From Fimicolochytrium jonesii (taxonomy: Eukaryota), in contig NW_026515696.1 of NCBI RefSeq assembly GCF_025526975.1, positions 248,001 through 312,000 of the forward strand: a stretch of 64,000 nt of DNA, given 5' to 3'. Under the pieces are notes generated by a model, which worked only from the letters and a program-made list of their open reading frames with translations, had not been told where the DNA came from and ran no database searches. How positions within the stretch are numbered: position 1 is the first letter of the stretch; every line of letters starts with the position of its first letter. This document shows positions 52,912 to 64,000 of the stretch, in pieces. The position numbers were made by a program, and so were the translations under genes.

Positions 52912-53232
52912 CTAACACGTCAAACGCAACGAACTCGTCTTATGCACATCACTCGCCTTCCCCCCAAGTCCTCCGATCACAAACCCGCCACTCCCAACCT
53001 GGGCCGCCTGGAACACAAGCGCATTGCCGCACTTGGTATCCGTCGCCAACCCCGCAAACTGGAACCCGCTGCCAAAGTACGAGCTGGTGCTGATGGAGGC
53101 GACGTTGTAGCATCCGGATTTGGTGGCGTGGAAGACTTCTTTGGACGCGTCGTTGTAGAAGATGAATTTGCAGGCGGTAGTCGACGACGCGAGGAGCGTG
53201 GCGCTTAGGAGGAGGAGGTGCGGGAGGTGCAT
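52912..53232 (-). CDS. Small secreted protein (106 aa, 4 Cys)
   Basis: Intronless ATG..TAG ORF with signal peptide MHLPHLLLLSATLLASSTTA. Four Cys, including the predicted first and last mature residues. TATAAA upstream on the minus strand at about 53361-53366. Confidence 0.8.
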   Translation of the reverse strand: MHLPHLLLLSATLLASSTTACKFIFYNDASKEVFHATKSGCYNVASISTSSYFGSGFQFAGLATDTKCGNALVFQAAQVGSGGFVIGGLGGKASDVHKTSSLRLTC

Positions 53233-54751
53233 TTTTGGGAGCGGTCGGCGAGGCGGATGAGGGTGGGGTGGTGGCGATTGAAGAAATTGTTCGTCTTCTT
53301 TCGGTTCGTTTCCGTCGTAGATCTGCGGATGTGAAGCGAGAGGTTGCCTCGGCGCCCCCCTTTATACCCCGGCCGAACGGTCGTCACTCTGCCTTTTTTT
53401 TCTCTCCCGGCGGTCCGTCCCTCCGGAAAGACCACTACCGATATCACCAAAAATGTATCCGTAGGCCGTGGGGAGTCGGGACTGCGTTGCCCAAGTTGCA
53501 CAACTGGCAGTTCAGGTCCCCCCCTGCTGCACCGCGTACTGGTAGTCTGGTACAGTACAGTACAGAGACGCGTGAATGCAAAGGGACGCGTTCAGCTTTT
53601 GATTGGGACAAGCTTTTATTGCATCAAAGGGACGTTTTTCAGGCGATAAGCGGAATGCTTTGTTCAGGTTCCGGTCGGCAGCGGTCGGCGACAGCTCGTA
53701 CCTCAACCCTGTGCCGGATTGTGCATCGGAGTGGATGGGACATCTGGACCCCGGGTGTTCGTTCGTCGCGCGCTTCGTGAGTTCGGAATGTCTAAGCACG
53801 GCAGTGCATGTTCGGGCCGATGGCCGTGTTTGTCTTGAGGAATGTTGAAGCACAAGCCTCGGACTGGACGGAACGAGCGGAGTGGGGTGAGGCTAGTTGC
53901 TACAGTATGTGCTCACAGTCACAGTGGACTGGCACCGACTGCGATAGGATTCATTCGGACAAAACAACGGCCGACTTATCCCGAATTGAGAACTCATCCT
54001 GGTCCATCCCCATAACAGGCTCTTCAACTTAATGTACAGTACAAAGATCAATAAAAGCCCACCGTCAAAGCGGGCCAGTTCTCATCCATGTCCTTTCTGA
54101 GAAGTTGTGAGGGAGGGAAGCTGCGAGGAACGACCGCGTCGACGGGGAATAAACCCACCCACGTGACCTGTCTCCCGATTTAATCTCCTCCTCTGCCGAC
54201 AGCGCCGCCCGCCCACTCCCACCCACCCCCATCCCATTACCCCCTCACAATCACAACCCCCATCCATCCATACTCCCACCCACTCTCTCACTCTCGCACT
54301 CACTCACTCATACCTTCCCGCATAGAATAGACTATTTCCTGCCATCCTGTCTCGGAAGCTGCTCTTCCTGCCGCTTCTCTCGCTTCTTTATCGGCGTCAT
54401 CGCCCTTGCTTCAGCTTCATCCGGAACGCTCGGGTACCCGCGGAACACCTGAACCTCCTCCTCAGGAACCTCCTGCTCATTAGTCATCGTTGGCGGCGGC
54501 GGAAAGCTCTTGTTTCAGCCACCACCACTCCCTCCTCCTTCGCAACTATTCCCGCCCAACAGCTCTTGGCTGCTCTCGCCGCTGTTCAGGACTCCCTCCG
54601 TCGTCGTATCGACCACCTCATCTCATCGCACCCATCGTTATCGTTCTCTTCTACAAACGTCCCCGCCGCGGCACAGCTCATCACTCTGCTCGTCACACTC
54701 TTTATCGCAACATCTATCCTGAGTCACAATATACCCGCTTGCATCACGAAA

Positions 54752-57700
54752 ATGACCGATATCTTCAAATCTGTCGACCAGTCTCGCCAGGAGACCGAGG
54801 ACCAGCAAGCCGCGCCCGTGACTAGCACCACTAACGTTGAGAATGAACAAGTGATTTCTCCTGTCGTCGCGCAAAAGAATACCGAGGTTGTCGATGATGA
54901 TGTTGATCATGTCGCGGAATCAATCTTCGATGGCTACGCCGAATCTGATGAGGATGCCCTCGTTGAGGAGGCCGACGCCGAAAAGCCCATTTCCAATCAC
55001 GAGAAGCTTCTCAAAGTTGACGCCGATGTCGCCGTGGAGCCGAAGGCCGACCAACCCATTGATGTCCACGAACACGTCGCGGAGGTAGCCACAGCCAGCG
55101 ACTCTGACGGAGCGGCCATGATCGACGCTCCCGAGACCGAGGCTGAGGCCGAGCCCGAGACCGAAAGTGAAGAAAAGTTTGTCATTGTGGACAAGGAAGA
55201 AGCCGTCCAAGCCGCTGGTGAATCCGAGGTTTCCCCCGAAGCTGTCCGCGAAGAACCTGATGAGGTCACGGCCGCTGATGTCGATGTCAAGGCCGGCAAC
55301 ACTGAGCAGCCCGTCGAACACGTGGCCAAACCGGATGTCGCTGACGAGATCCCCCTCCCTTCCAACATCAAGGACGAGTCGGAGGACTCCACCGACCCCG
55401 TCATTGCCCCCGCTGCGGAACAAGGCCAAACCGAGAACTCGGACCTCCCTATCGTTCAAACAGAGGAGGTTATCCTAACTCCTACCGCCACCGGTCTCAC
55501 GGCCGCCCACGTCTCGACAACCCTTGTAGCCGACACCGATTCCGAGAATAACGTCGTAATTGTCGAGCGTCAGGACATTGATGCCGTTGCCGCTGAGGGA
55601 GTCGAGACTGGCACAAGTGAGACCGTTACCGTCCTTCATGACGATGGTGTCGTAGAGACTGTCACGGAGGAGAGGGCTACCGCGGTGGTTGACACGGAGG
55701 AGGGTGAGGTAGTTGTGGAGCATGAGGCCATCACTGCTACTGCTGTCGCGGAAGAGGATACCGTCACATCTACCGAGCAAGAGACCACCACCCTCACCGC
55801 CGTTCACGAAGCCACCGGCACAGTCGAGACTTTCACCGAGGAGGAGTCCGCCACCCTGACCCGCGAAGCCAACGGAGACGCGCTTGTCATCGAACATACC
55901 GAAACCACCGGTACCATCGTCGACGGCGGAGACGTCGAATCCATCACCACTCACGAAGCGACGACTTTTACCGCTGTACATGACGATGTGGTTGAAACTG
56001 TCACGGAGAAGGACGACACTACGATTTTGATCACGGAAAATGGGGACGAGGTGGTTTTGGAACACACTGAAACCACTGCGACGGTCGTGGACCACGATAC
56101 GGTTGAATCCACCACACGTGAAGCGACGACACTTACCACCGTACACGACGATGTGGTCGAGACCGTCATGGAAGAAGAGGAGACTGCCGTTGTCGTCAAC
56201 GATGGAGATGAGATTGTCATTGAACATGCGGAGACGACCCACGCGGTTGTTGTGGATGAGGGCGCTGAGTCAACCACACGTGAATCGACTACATTTACCG
56301 CCGTACATGACGATGTGATCGAGACTGCCACATCGGAATCGGATGTCATTAAAACAGGAGACGCGGAAGACGTCGTCGTAGCCCACACCGCAACCACGAC
56401 CGCGGTGATCGTTGACAATGACGTGGTCGAATCCACTACGCAGGAAACTACAACTGTTGCAAACGTTGATGAAGACGGTGTGCTGGAGACCATTACAGAG
56501 GAATCCACTACCGCTGTGACACAAACGGAGGACGGAGAAGAGGTTGTTGTTGCGCGTGAGCAAGTTACGGCTACGGTCGCTGACGAGGAGGGTGTGGAAT
56601 CCGCCACCACCGTCTCTACAGTTGATGATGCCGGCACGGTCGAGACGGTTACGCTGGAGGCTGTTACGAGCAATACCGCCGCGGAGGACGCCGGGGTGGA
56701 CGGGGAGGAGGTGATCACAATTGCTATGCTTGGAGCGCGGGATGAGGCCGATGTCGGGTCCCCGGAGACAACCGCGGATAGGGATGTCCCGGCTGAGGGA
56801 CATGAGGAGACTGAGACCGAGACCGATCTCCCGATTGGGGGGGACGCCGACCAACCGGCAACTACAATTGGGGATGTGGAGACCAAGCACGTCCCCGCGG
56901 TTGATGAGGCGGGAACGGGGAACACCGCTGAGACTGGGAGTGAGGTTGAGACCGTGCAAGTTCCCACAGAACTCGAACCCTCGGGTGTGAGTGCACCGGT
57001 CGTTGAGGAGAGCAGGGAGATTGCTGATGAGGTTGTTGGTGCGGAGAAGGATGCTGGGGTTGTTGAGGAGCCGGTTGAATCAAAGGGGGTTGTTGCGCCC
57101 GCCGCTGCCGAGACTGACCGTGAGCCGCCTGTCGGGACTGCGGAGGTTACGGCGTCTGCGGTTGAGAGTGTGCCGGAGGTTGCTGAGACCGTTAATGAGC
57201 CTGTTGAGGAGAAGGACGTCGTCACCCCCGCCGCCGCTGAGACTCACCACGAGTCTAGCGAGCCGGCTGTCGAGAGCATGGAGGTTACGGCGTCTGCTGT
57301 GGAAACGGAGGATGGCGCTGTTGAGAGCGTGTCGGAGGTTGCCGAGGCCGTTGAGCAGCCTGCTGAGGAACGGGAGGCTGCTGCGTCGGTGGCCGAGCCT
57401 GAGAAGGGTGCTGATGTTGAGACACCCGTCGAATCCGTGGAAGCTGCCTACGGTACTGCGTCTGCTGTTGAGACGGAGGATGGCGCTGTTGAGAGCTTAC
57501 GGGAGGTTGCCGAGACCGAGGAACGTCCTGAGGAGAAGGAGACCGCCACACACGTTACCGAGGATGAGGCTGTTGAGAGTGCACCGGGAGTCAGCAAAGC
57601 TGTCGAAGAGCCGGTTGAGGATGAGAAGGTTGTTGAGAGCACGCCGGAAGTCGCTGAGACTGTTGAACAGCGTACTGGGGTTGCGGAGGTTGCCGCACCC

Positions 57701-58567
57701 GCGGCCGAGACTGAGCAAACCACCGTCTCGGGCGAGACCATCTCGGACCTTCCCTTGGTCGACCGTTCCATCGTTGGAGACGAAGAGGGGGAAGTAAAAC
57801 AGGCCCCGACCGCCACCGAACCCTCCTTCATCCACCCCACGCCCCCTCAAACCCCACCCCCCACGCGCACCCTCCCCTCCACCGCCACCCCTCGGCCAAC
57901 CTCCCTAACCCCCCGCCCCTCCAAACATTTCGACCGCCTGCTCTCCTCTGCCTCCACCCCCTCGACCCCACCCCCCTCCCGCACCGCCGCCCACGGCCCC
58001 ACGCAGCCCCTCTCCTCCATCACCCGCGCCGTGCGCCACACAAACCCCATCCTCGACGAGATCAACTACGCGATCCACCTCATCAAAACCAACGACGCCT
58101 CCTTGACTGAGCTGGACCTCACCGACTGCCGAGTCCTCACACCTGCCCACTTAACCGCCATCGCAGGGGGCTTACTCCACAACACGCATCTCGCCACCCT
58201 CGTCCTCAAAAACACATCCCTGGCCACCCCCGCCGCCATCGACCTCGCCGAAGCGCTCAAGCTGAACACCGCCCTCGCACTCCTCGACCTGAGCGCCAAC
58301 GCGATCGGCCCCGCCGGCATCAAAGCCATCGCGGAATCCCTTGCTGAGAACAGCACCCTGAAGGAGCTGAAATTGGGCCAGCAGAAGTACCCCGCCGGCA
58401 CGGACGCCGAGATGGCGCTGGCGACGGCTATGGAGAGGAACACGGGCGTTGTGAAGTTGGGCGTTGTGGTTCGGGATGTTGGGTGCAAGGTGAAGGTGGA
58501 TACGGCGGTGAGGAGGAATGCGGAGAGGGAGAGGGAGAGGAGGAGGAGGGAGGCTGAGAGTGCTTGA
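54752..58567 (+). CDS. Giant acidic repeat protein with C-terminal tropomodulin/leiomodin-like LRR domain
   Basis: About 1270-aa single-exon ORF: E/T/V/A-rich repeats, a Pro-rich linker, then NDASLTELDL..LAEALKLNTALALLDLSANAIGPAGIKAIAESLAENSTLKELKLGQQ..GTDAEMALA..NTGVVKLG..VRRNAERERERR. Confidence 0.85.
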   Translation: MTDIFKSVDQSRQETEDQQAAPVTSTTNVENEQVISPVVAQKNTEVVDDDVDHVAESIFDGYAESDEDALVEEADAEKPISNHEKLLKVDADVAVEPKADQPIDVHEHVAEVATASDSDGAAMIDAPETEAEAEPETESEEKFVIVDKEEAVQAAGESEVSPEAVREEPDEVTAADVDVKAGNTEQPVEHVAKPDVADEIPLPSNIKDESEDSTDPVIAPAAEQGQTENSDLPIVQTEEVILTPTATGLTAAHVSTTLVADTDSENNVVIVERQDIDAVAAEGVETGTSETVTVLHDDGVVETVTEERATAVVDTEEGEVVVEHEAITATAVAEEDTVTSTEQETTTLTAVHEATGTVETFTEEESATLTREANGDALVIEHTETTGTIVDGGDVESITTHEATTFTAVHDDVVETVTEKDDTTILITENGDEVVLEHTETTATVVDHDTVESTTREATTLTTVHDDVVETVMEEEETAVVVNDGDEIVIEHAETTHAVVVDEGAESTTRESTTFTAVHDDVIETATSESDVIKTGDAEDVVVAHTATTTAVIVDNDVVESTTQETTTVANVDEDGVLETITEESTTAVTQTEDGEEVVVAREQVTATVADEEGVESATTVSTVDDAGTVETVTLEAVTSNTAAEDAGVDGEEVITIAMLGARDEADVGSPETTADRDVPAEGHEETETETDLPIGGDADQPATTIGDVETKHVPAVDEAGTGNTAETGSEVETVQVPTELEPSGVSAPVVEESREIADEVVGAEKDAGVVEEPVESKGVVAPAAAETDREPPVGTAEVTASAVESVPEVAETVNEPVEEKDVVTPAAAETHHESSEPAVESMEVTASAVETEDGAVESVSEVAEAVEQPAEEREAAASVAEPEKGADVETPVESVEAAYGTASAVETEDGAVESLREVAETEERPEEKETATHVTEDEAVESAPGVSKAVEEPVEDEKVVESTPEVAETVEQRTGVAEVAAPAAETEQTTVSGETISDLPLVDRSIVGDEEGEVKQAPTATEPSFIHPTPPQTPPPTRTLPSTATPRPTSLTPRPSKHFDRLLSSASTPSTPPPSRTAAHGPTQPLSSITRAVRHTNPILDEINYAIHLIKTNDASLTELDLTDCRVLTPAHLTAIAGGLLHNTHLATLVLKNTSLATPAAIDLAEALKLNTALALLDLSANAIGPAGIKAIAESLAENSTLKELKLGQQKYPAGTDAEMALATAMERNTGVVKLGVVVRDVGCKVKVDTAVRRNAERERERRRREAESA

Positions 58568-59904
58568 AGCGAGCTTGTGGGATGCGATCGGTAAGGGGTG
58601 GTGGACTCCCCCTCTTCGGCCTCCCCTCGGAGATTCTGCCTGCGACGCTCGGTTTCTCATGTCGTGATTGTGATCCTGGCTTTGATGGACCCACGCAGTA
58701 TCGCAACACCCCCGACCGCGCCTTCAACCCCGGCGTATTCTTCATCTTTCCCTTTATTCTTCACCTCTTTTTCGTCACCATCCTCACTCCCGTTCTCCAT
58801 CTTTGTTCCATTTCCATCTATCTATGACACAAACCCCCCTCCCTTCATTTATGGCGTAATCACCACCCCTGTGCACTTCCCTCATTTCCATTTTCCTTTC
58901 AATTTTCTTGTTGATTCCCTACCCCCGCGAGATACAGCTCGCTGTAGTTCTATAAGTTGTATCATCTCCCCCCCCCCCCCCCCCCCCTCCATATGCATGT
59001 ATTGTGCCCTGATGTTTTGAAACCCACCAATATACCGCCTCTTCCTGTTGTTTTTCGGATTACAGGGGTGAGGGGAGTTGCCCCCAGCGAGAGTGAGGCG
59101 GATGTACAGTACGTGCGGGAGCGAATACAGGGAATACATCAGACCCGATTTCCTTGCGCGGAGAGGGAAATCTTGTGGCTACTTCTGCGAGCCCACGTCT
59201 GTGTATGCGGGAACGGGGTGGGTCGAGCATCGTCGTCCACTCCCCGCCGTCAACGAGTGTGCTTTTATGGGACGAATGACAGTTCAGGCGTCATACAGAG
59301 TCGATGGAGCGTCTCGGCGACTGCGCGAGTGTCCTGACCCCGGATTGCCTTGAGGAAGGGGGATCCCATACATGGACATACTTGATATTGATATGTGAAG
59401 CTAAGCTTGATCTGTTATAGTGATACGATGCCACTGACGTGTTGAGGACATTTGGCCCGGTATTCCGCGGCCATTATATGTATGTATGTACATATGTGCA
59501 AAAGGCATATTTTCTTAACGGTAGATCTGGAAGAAAGGGATCGGAAAGGACGCTAGGATGTGATCCTAAGATTGAGGCATGGTTCGGTTCCTAGGCTCTA
59601 GAAGTGTTTGTTCGATGTCTGTTCCTGTTGCGGTGCGGGTGCGTTTTCTGGACACACTGAAATCCTCCCAATACCGCCCAGGTCTATCAGTTAGTCTGGC
59701 GGCGTACGAGCCATCACTCGCCCGGCTTCTTTCCCGATGAGGTAGCGGCGGCTGTTCCCTGTTTGTCTGTCTGCAGGGTGTGCCGACTGTGTTTTGGTCG
59801 TAGTTCGGCGTTTTCCGCGGCGTCGTCCTGAAGTTTCGAGTTCACTCCATGACTGCTCGCTCCGAGATAGCTGTGTGTGTCCCGGTCCCGTACACTCAGT
59901 GAAT

Positions 59905-61606
59905 ATGAACTCCTTCGAATACCTCTCGGACATCAACGACAACCTGATATGCTGCATCTGCCATGCTCCCTTCACGACCCCAGGTGGGTGTGGTCAAGCC
60001 TTCCCCCACGTCATGTCATGCGCAAATGGCATCTTACTCCCCACTCCCCCCAAAAGTATCATCCCCCTGCGGCCACACCTTCTGCAACCTCTGCATCCTC
60101 ACCTCGCTCTCCACAACCACGGCCGCCTGCCCGATCGACCGGCAACCGCTCACCCGGGCCGACCTCGTGCGCGCGCCTATCGTGCTGGAGAACCTCGTCC
60201 AGGAACTGCAGGTGAAATGCATGTGCGGGTGGACGGGCGAGCGCGCGCTGCTCGAGTCGCACCCGATGGACAGGTGCTTGAACTTGAAGTATACATGTCA
60301 GGAGTTGGGGTGTGGGCGGGTGGTGCTGAGGAATGAGGTCAAGGAGCATAGGGAGGTGTGTGAGGGACGGATGCGGGAATGCGAGGCGTGTCAGGAGAAG
60401 GTTTTGAGCGGTGATTATGAGGTACGTGCCCCGAGCAAAACGAAGTGAGACAGACAGTGAATGGCGGATTGCCGCGAAGCGGAGCGAGCCCAGGTCTTTG
60501 AGCGAGAGCGACATGGTTTGGACACCCAGTCCATGTCTCTTCTCCTGGCTCAATGTCATAGGGGTTTCCTCCACCTTCTATTGCTCAAAATCTTCTTGAA
60601 TTCGGGCACGGAACAGGTGCACATTCTCACATGCGACAAGGTGCCCATCGAATGCGAGTTCTGTTCCGCCTCCGTCGCACGCGGGGAGCTCGCCGAGCAC
60701 CAAGAGAAAACCTGCCCGGAGGTGTCCACCTCCTGCCCGCACCTCCGTTTCGGCTGCCTCTGGCAAGGCCCCAGGCGCGATCTCACATCCTCGCACCTGC
60801 CCACGATCTGCCCCTTCGAGCGGATGAAAACCTTCTTCGAACTCCACGAATCCAAACTGGCGGCCCTCATCCTCGAAAACCAAGGGCTGCAATCCCAACT
60901 CGACACCCTCCGCCACCACGTCCTCGCCATCGAAGACGCGCGGCGCGCCGAGTCCGCCGCCCTGGCTGCCAACCAGAAGTACTTTGCGGAAGTCATGGAC
61001 GTCACCGCGGACCGCATGGCGCGCCTAGTGGAGGAACACCACATGGACCGGCTGGAGATGGGCCACCTCAAAGACAGGTGTGCGGCGCTGGAGGCCCGGA
61101 TGCATGTCGCGGAGCTGGACGCGGGGTCGCGGCAGAGGGAGGAGGTGGGGTCGATCAGGGCGTTGTGTCGCGTGTTGGAGGAGCAGGTTTTGGGAAGGGG
61201 GCCTGGGGATGGGATGCCGGTTCCCGCCGCGATACATGGCAGACGCACCCCAACGCATTCGACACTGTCTAGTCCGGACCGCGGAAGCTCCACCACCACC
61301 ACCACGACATCATCGTTTCCCTCATCCCCAGCAACAGCGGCGTCCATCACACCATCACCCACTCGGACACTCCTCACACACCACCCCAACCTCCAACTCA
61401 AACAGCAACTGGACGGCATCCGCAAGAAGTTTGACCGCATGAAATTGGACGAGGGCGGGTTGTGGGATCGGGTCGTGGGTGTGGCTGCCGCGGAGGGGGT
61501 GGGTAGTAGTAGTAGTGGCAGCGAGACGGCGGGACCGGACACGGAGGATGCGAGGCGGGGGTTGGGTGGGAGGGTTGTGAGGAGGGAAAGTGGGACCAAG
61601 TTGTAG
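59905..61606 (+). CDS. RING-HC plus TRAF-type zinc finger and coiled-coil protein (putative E3 ligase); 3 exons
   Basis: Exons 59905-59983, 60057-60421, 60617-61606. LICCICHAPF..PCGHTFCNLC..CPIDR; repeated HxxxC..CxxC fingers; CPHLRFGCLWQG. Confidence 0.9.
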
Positions 61607-62176
61607 AAGAATGCGGCGATGTTTTTTCTTTTTGGGGGTGGGTGTTGGAGGAGATGGAGGAGGAAGGAGGAGGAGAGACATGAAATGTGAGGAACTATGG
61701 AGGTTCGGGGCCTGCGTGCGTCCGAATTGTTGTTATATGAGATCGAGCGGGATTTTGAGGGATGTCAAGTACGGTTATTTGCAGTGCGTTTTGAACTGTG
61801 ATGTGGAGCCGGGTTTTTGGGTTAGCCATTCTTGAACAAGTTGGTTTGGGAACCCACCTCCACCCTTTACTGACTGTATATTGCATGCAGAGTAGGCTTG
61901 TTCTTCCCGGCCACGACGCATCAAACAGTCCAGCCAAAGAAAGCTCTTCAAAGCCGTCCTCGACGTTTTTCCATCAACAACATTTCGCAATATCAGAAAG
62001 TCTACTCCCATTCGCATATATAAGAAAGAAAAGAGCAAGAAAAAACTATTTGACAAAGAGGAATGATACGCAAATGCGAAGAGAGTAGAGAGGTAGCTGT
62101 CTTCTATAATAAAGGTCACATCATACGTCCAATCCATATCCACCAAACGCCATAGTATACAAAGGGGGCCCATTAT

Positions 62177-63901
62177 CTAGATCTCCATAACAACGCTCCT
62201 TTCCACCAATTCACCGACCACAGGAGAATGCACAGCCTTCACAAACGCCTGCCGTGATGGCTCAACTACCACAGCCGGGGACGCGTTCTCCGCCAATTTC
62301 ATCATAGTCGGGCTGTTCATCGCAAACGCCGACACCGCCGATTTCATCATCAACTCCCGTACCGCTTCCGTCGTTGGTGTTGCCGGTTGGGCGAGGACGG
62401 GGATGGAGGGGACTGCTGGCGCTGCGTACGGTTGGGCTGACACGCCGTCGAGGGATATTGTAGTAGTTGGGCGGAGTTGTGGTTTCGCAGCGACCTTGTA
62501 ATCCAGACGCTCCGTGAAGAGCTGGGTCAACTGGGCGTGGAATTGCGGGACGACGTAGAAGAGGAAACCGGCGACGGGGATACAGAACCAGTCTGCCAGG
62601 TTGCGGGGGTACTTGCGTTCACTGGCGAGCTGGGCGCGCTTGCCGAGGGGTTGGACGCGGAGGTGGGAGTGAGATGGCGCGATGGAGAATTTGTCAGCGC
62701 TCAAATCCATAGCTGAGTCCACACGGGAGTTGAGGAGACCCCCCTCCCGCGCCATCTGCTGATCCTGCAGCGCCCACCGCTCGAACCCGACCCATTGGTG
62801 GTACTTCTCGTAGTAGTAAATCATGACGACGTTGGGGACGACGATGGACATGCGAACCCAGAAGGAGATGTTGAGAGCCAGCTCAACGTAGGGGTGGACG
62901 GGGTCGTCGGAGAGGAAGCCCCAGAAGTAGGTTGCGATCGTATAGGAGAAGCAGGAGCGGATGGGGAGGATGAGGGCCGAGACGATGATCATGGTGAAGA
63001 GGTGGCCCATCATGATGTGGGATTCAAGCAAGCGGTGGCCGAGTTCGAGGAGGAGGAAAGGCCGTTGGGCGAGCTTGGTGCCCGCTGTGGCCTCTTCCTT
63101 GCCGTACTTGGACACGTTGGCGTTCTTCATGGGGATGACGGTCTCCTTCTCGGGGGCGATGAACGACATCAGCGTGCGGCGGATGGCGTACCCCGTGTCG
63201 AGGGATCCCCACAGGTGCCGGGTGGCCTGCACGTAGCGGGCGTTCATGTACGAGTAGTAACCCTTGATGCCCGTGCCCTCGCCTTCGACGTTGCACTGGG
63301 AGGCGGGGGAGAAGATACTCTTGACAATGACGCGACCCTCGGTGGCAAAGAAGCACTTGAGGTACATGTGCATGTCTTCGCCTATGGCTTCTGGTCCTGC
63401 GTCCCAGAAGTTGACCGCGAGCGCCAGGTCCATCGAGACGGAGTAGGCGGAGCAGGGGATCTTGATGGACGACGACGGGTACAGGTTGGAGATGACACCG
63501 ATAGACCAGAACATGTCCGTGACACGAACGAAGACGGGTACGTTCTTGGAGTTGCGGTCGAACACGGTGCAGGGCGCAAACATCATGATCCGGCGCTGCT
63601 CAGGGGTGGCAGTGGTGTAGTGGTAGGTCACTGCGGAGAAGAAATCCTCGGCGAAACACGTGTCGGCGTCCATGACCGTGAGGATTTCGTGGTCGTGACG
63701 ACCGGCCAGACCGCCGCCGGAACGGAGAGCCATCTGGGACGCGGCCCACGCAACATTGGAGGACTTGCCGCGAATCTCGCCGGGTCGGCCGACTGGGTGG
63801 AGGGTATAGGTGATCTCGAAGAACGAGTTTGCGTACTTTTGCATCAAAGTCGCCGCTTTCGCAGTCGCTCCTTGCTCCGATTCCTCCATCGCCAGGCAGA
63901 T
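62177..63901 (-). CDS. Membrane glycosyltransferase family 2 protein (5' part lies outside the window)
   Basis: GKSSNVAWA, TVMDADT (DxD), IGEDMH, QATRHLWG (QxxRW-like) and several TM helices. Intron acceptor CAG at 63904-63902, with the intron running off the window. Confidence 0.88.
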   Translation of the reverse strand: MCLAMEESEQGATAKAATLMQKYANSFFEITYTLHPVGRPGEIRGKSSNVAWAASQMALRSGGGLAGRHDHEILTVMDADTCFAEDFFSAVTYHYTTATPEQRRIMMFAPCTVFDRNSKNVPVFVRVTDMFWSIGVISNLYPSSSIKIPCSAYSVSMDLALAVNFWDAGPEAIGEDMHMYLKCFFATEGRVIVKSIFSPASQCNVEGEGTGIKGYYSYMNARYVQATRHLWGSLDTGYAIRRTLMSFIAPEKETVIPMKNANVSKYGKEEATAGTKLAQRPFLLLELGHRLLESHIMMGHLFTMIIVSALILPIRSCFSYTIATYFWGFLSDDPVHPYVELALNISFWVRMSIVVPNVVMIYYYEKYHQWVGFERWALQDQQMAREGGLLNSRVDSAMDLSADKFSIAPSHSHLRVQPLGKRAQLASERKYPRNLADWFCIPVAGFLFYVVPQFHAQLTQLFTERLDYKVAAKPQLRPTTTISLDGVSAQPYAAPAVPSIPVLAQPATPTTEAVRELMMKSAVSAFAMNSPTMMKLAENASPAVVVEPSRQAFVKAVHSPVVGELVERSVVMEI

Positions 63902-64000
63902 CTGCATTCAGAGAGAGAGTGGGATGATGAGTATAATGTAGATAGTTGGTGAGTTGACGGGATGGTTGAATGGTCCGTGTGCTAAGCTCGCATCGCTCGC

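Noticed and set aside
55951..57225. 424-aa minus-strand ORF and other long antisense ORFs (e.g. 60556-61599, 62795-63952, 4190-4879)
   Set aside because: Antisense shadows of real GC-rich, biased coding sequence, with no independent motifs.

Overview
Eukaryotic, intron-rich fungal nuclear DNA. An early-diverging (chytrid-like) lineage is inferred from gene content only. Intact genes: a MARK/Kin1-type kinase with KA1 domain, TspO/MBR, a patatin TAG lipase, a secreted GH26 with a probable GPI anchor, a membrane-anchored PAM2/CCCH protein, IPK1, the PP6/Sit4 catalytic subunit, RUS1/DUF647, a type II NADH dehydrogenase, a small secreted Cys protein, a giant acidic protein with a tropomodulin-like LRR, a RING/TRAF-Zn protein and a partial GT2. 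There are three tRNA-Lys genes and one tRNA-Pro. Gene-poor gaps hold decayed nuclease-fold (Crinkler-like) genes, a Harbinger transposase fragment, a Tc1/mariner-type MITE and other remnants. Most notable: (i) a 3-nt microexon needed to restore the lipase HFG motif; (ii) a 6x67-bp array made of the tRNA-Pro 5' end and leader, with a 1:72 mismatch in the full tRNA; (iii) a dispersed mini-hairpin element and heavily self-paired long introns; (iv) an oscillating C-rich/G-rich skew in phase with exons; (v) a tropomodulin-like domain on a long repeat stalk. All exon coordinates were derived by eye and all family assignments are from motif recognition, not database searches.
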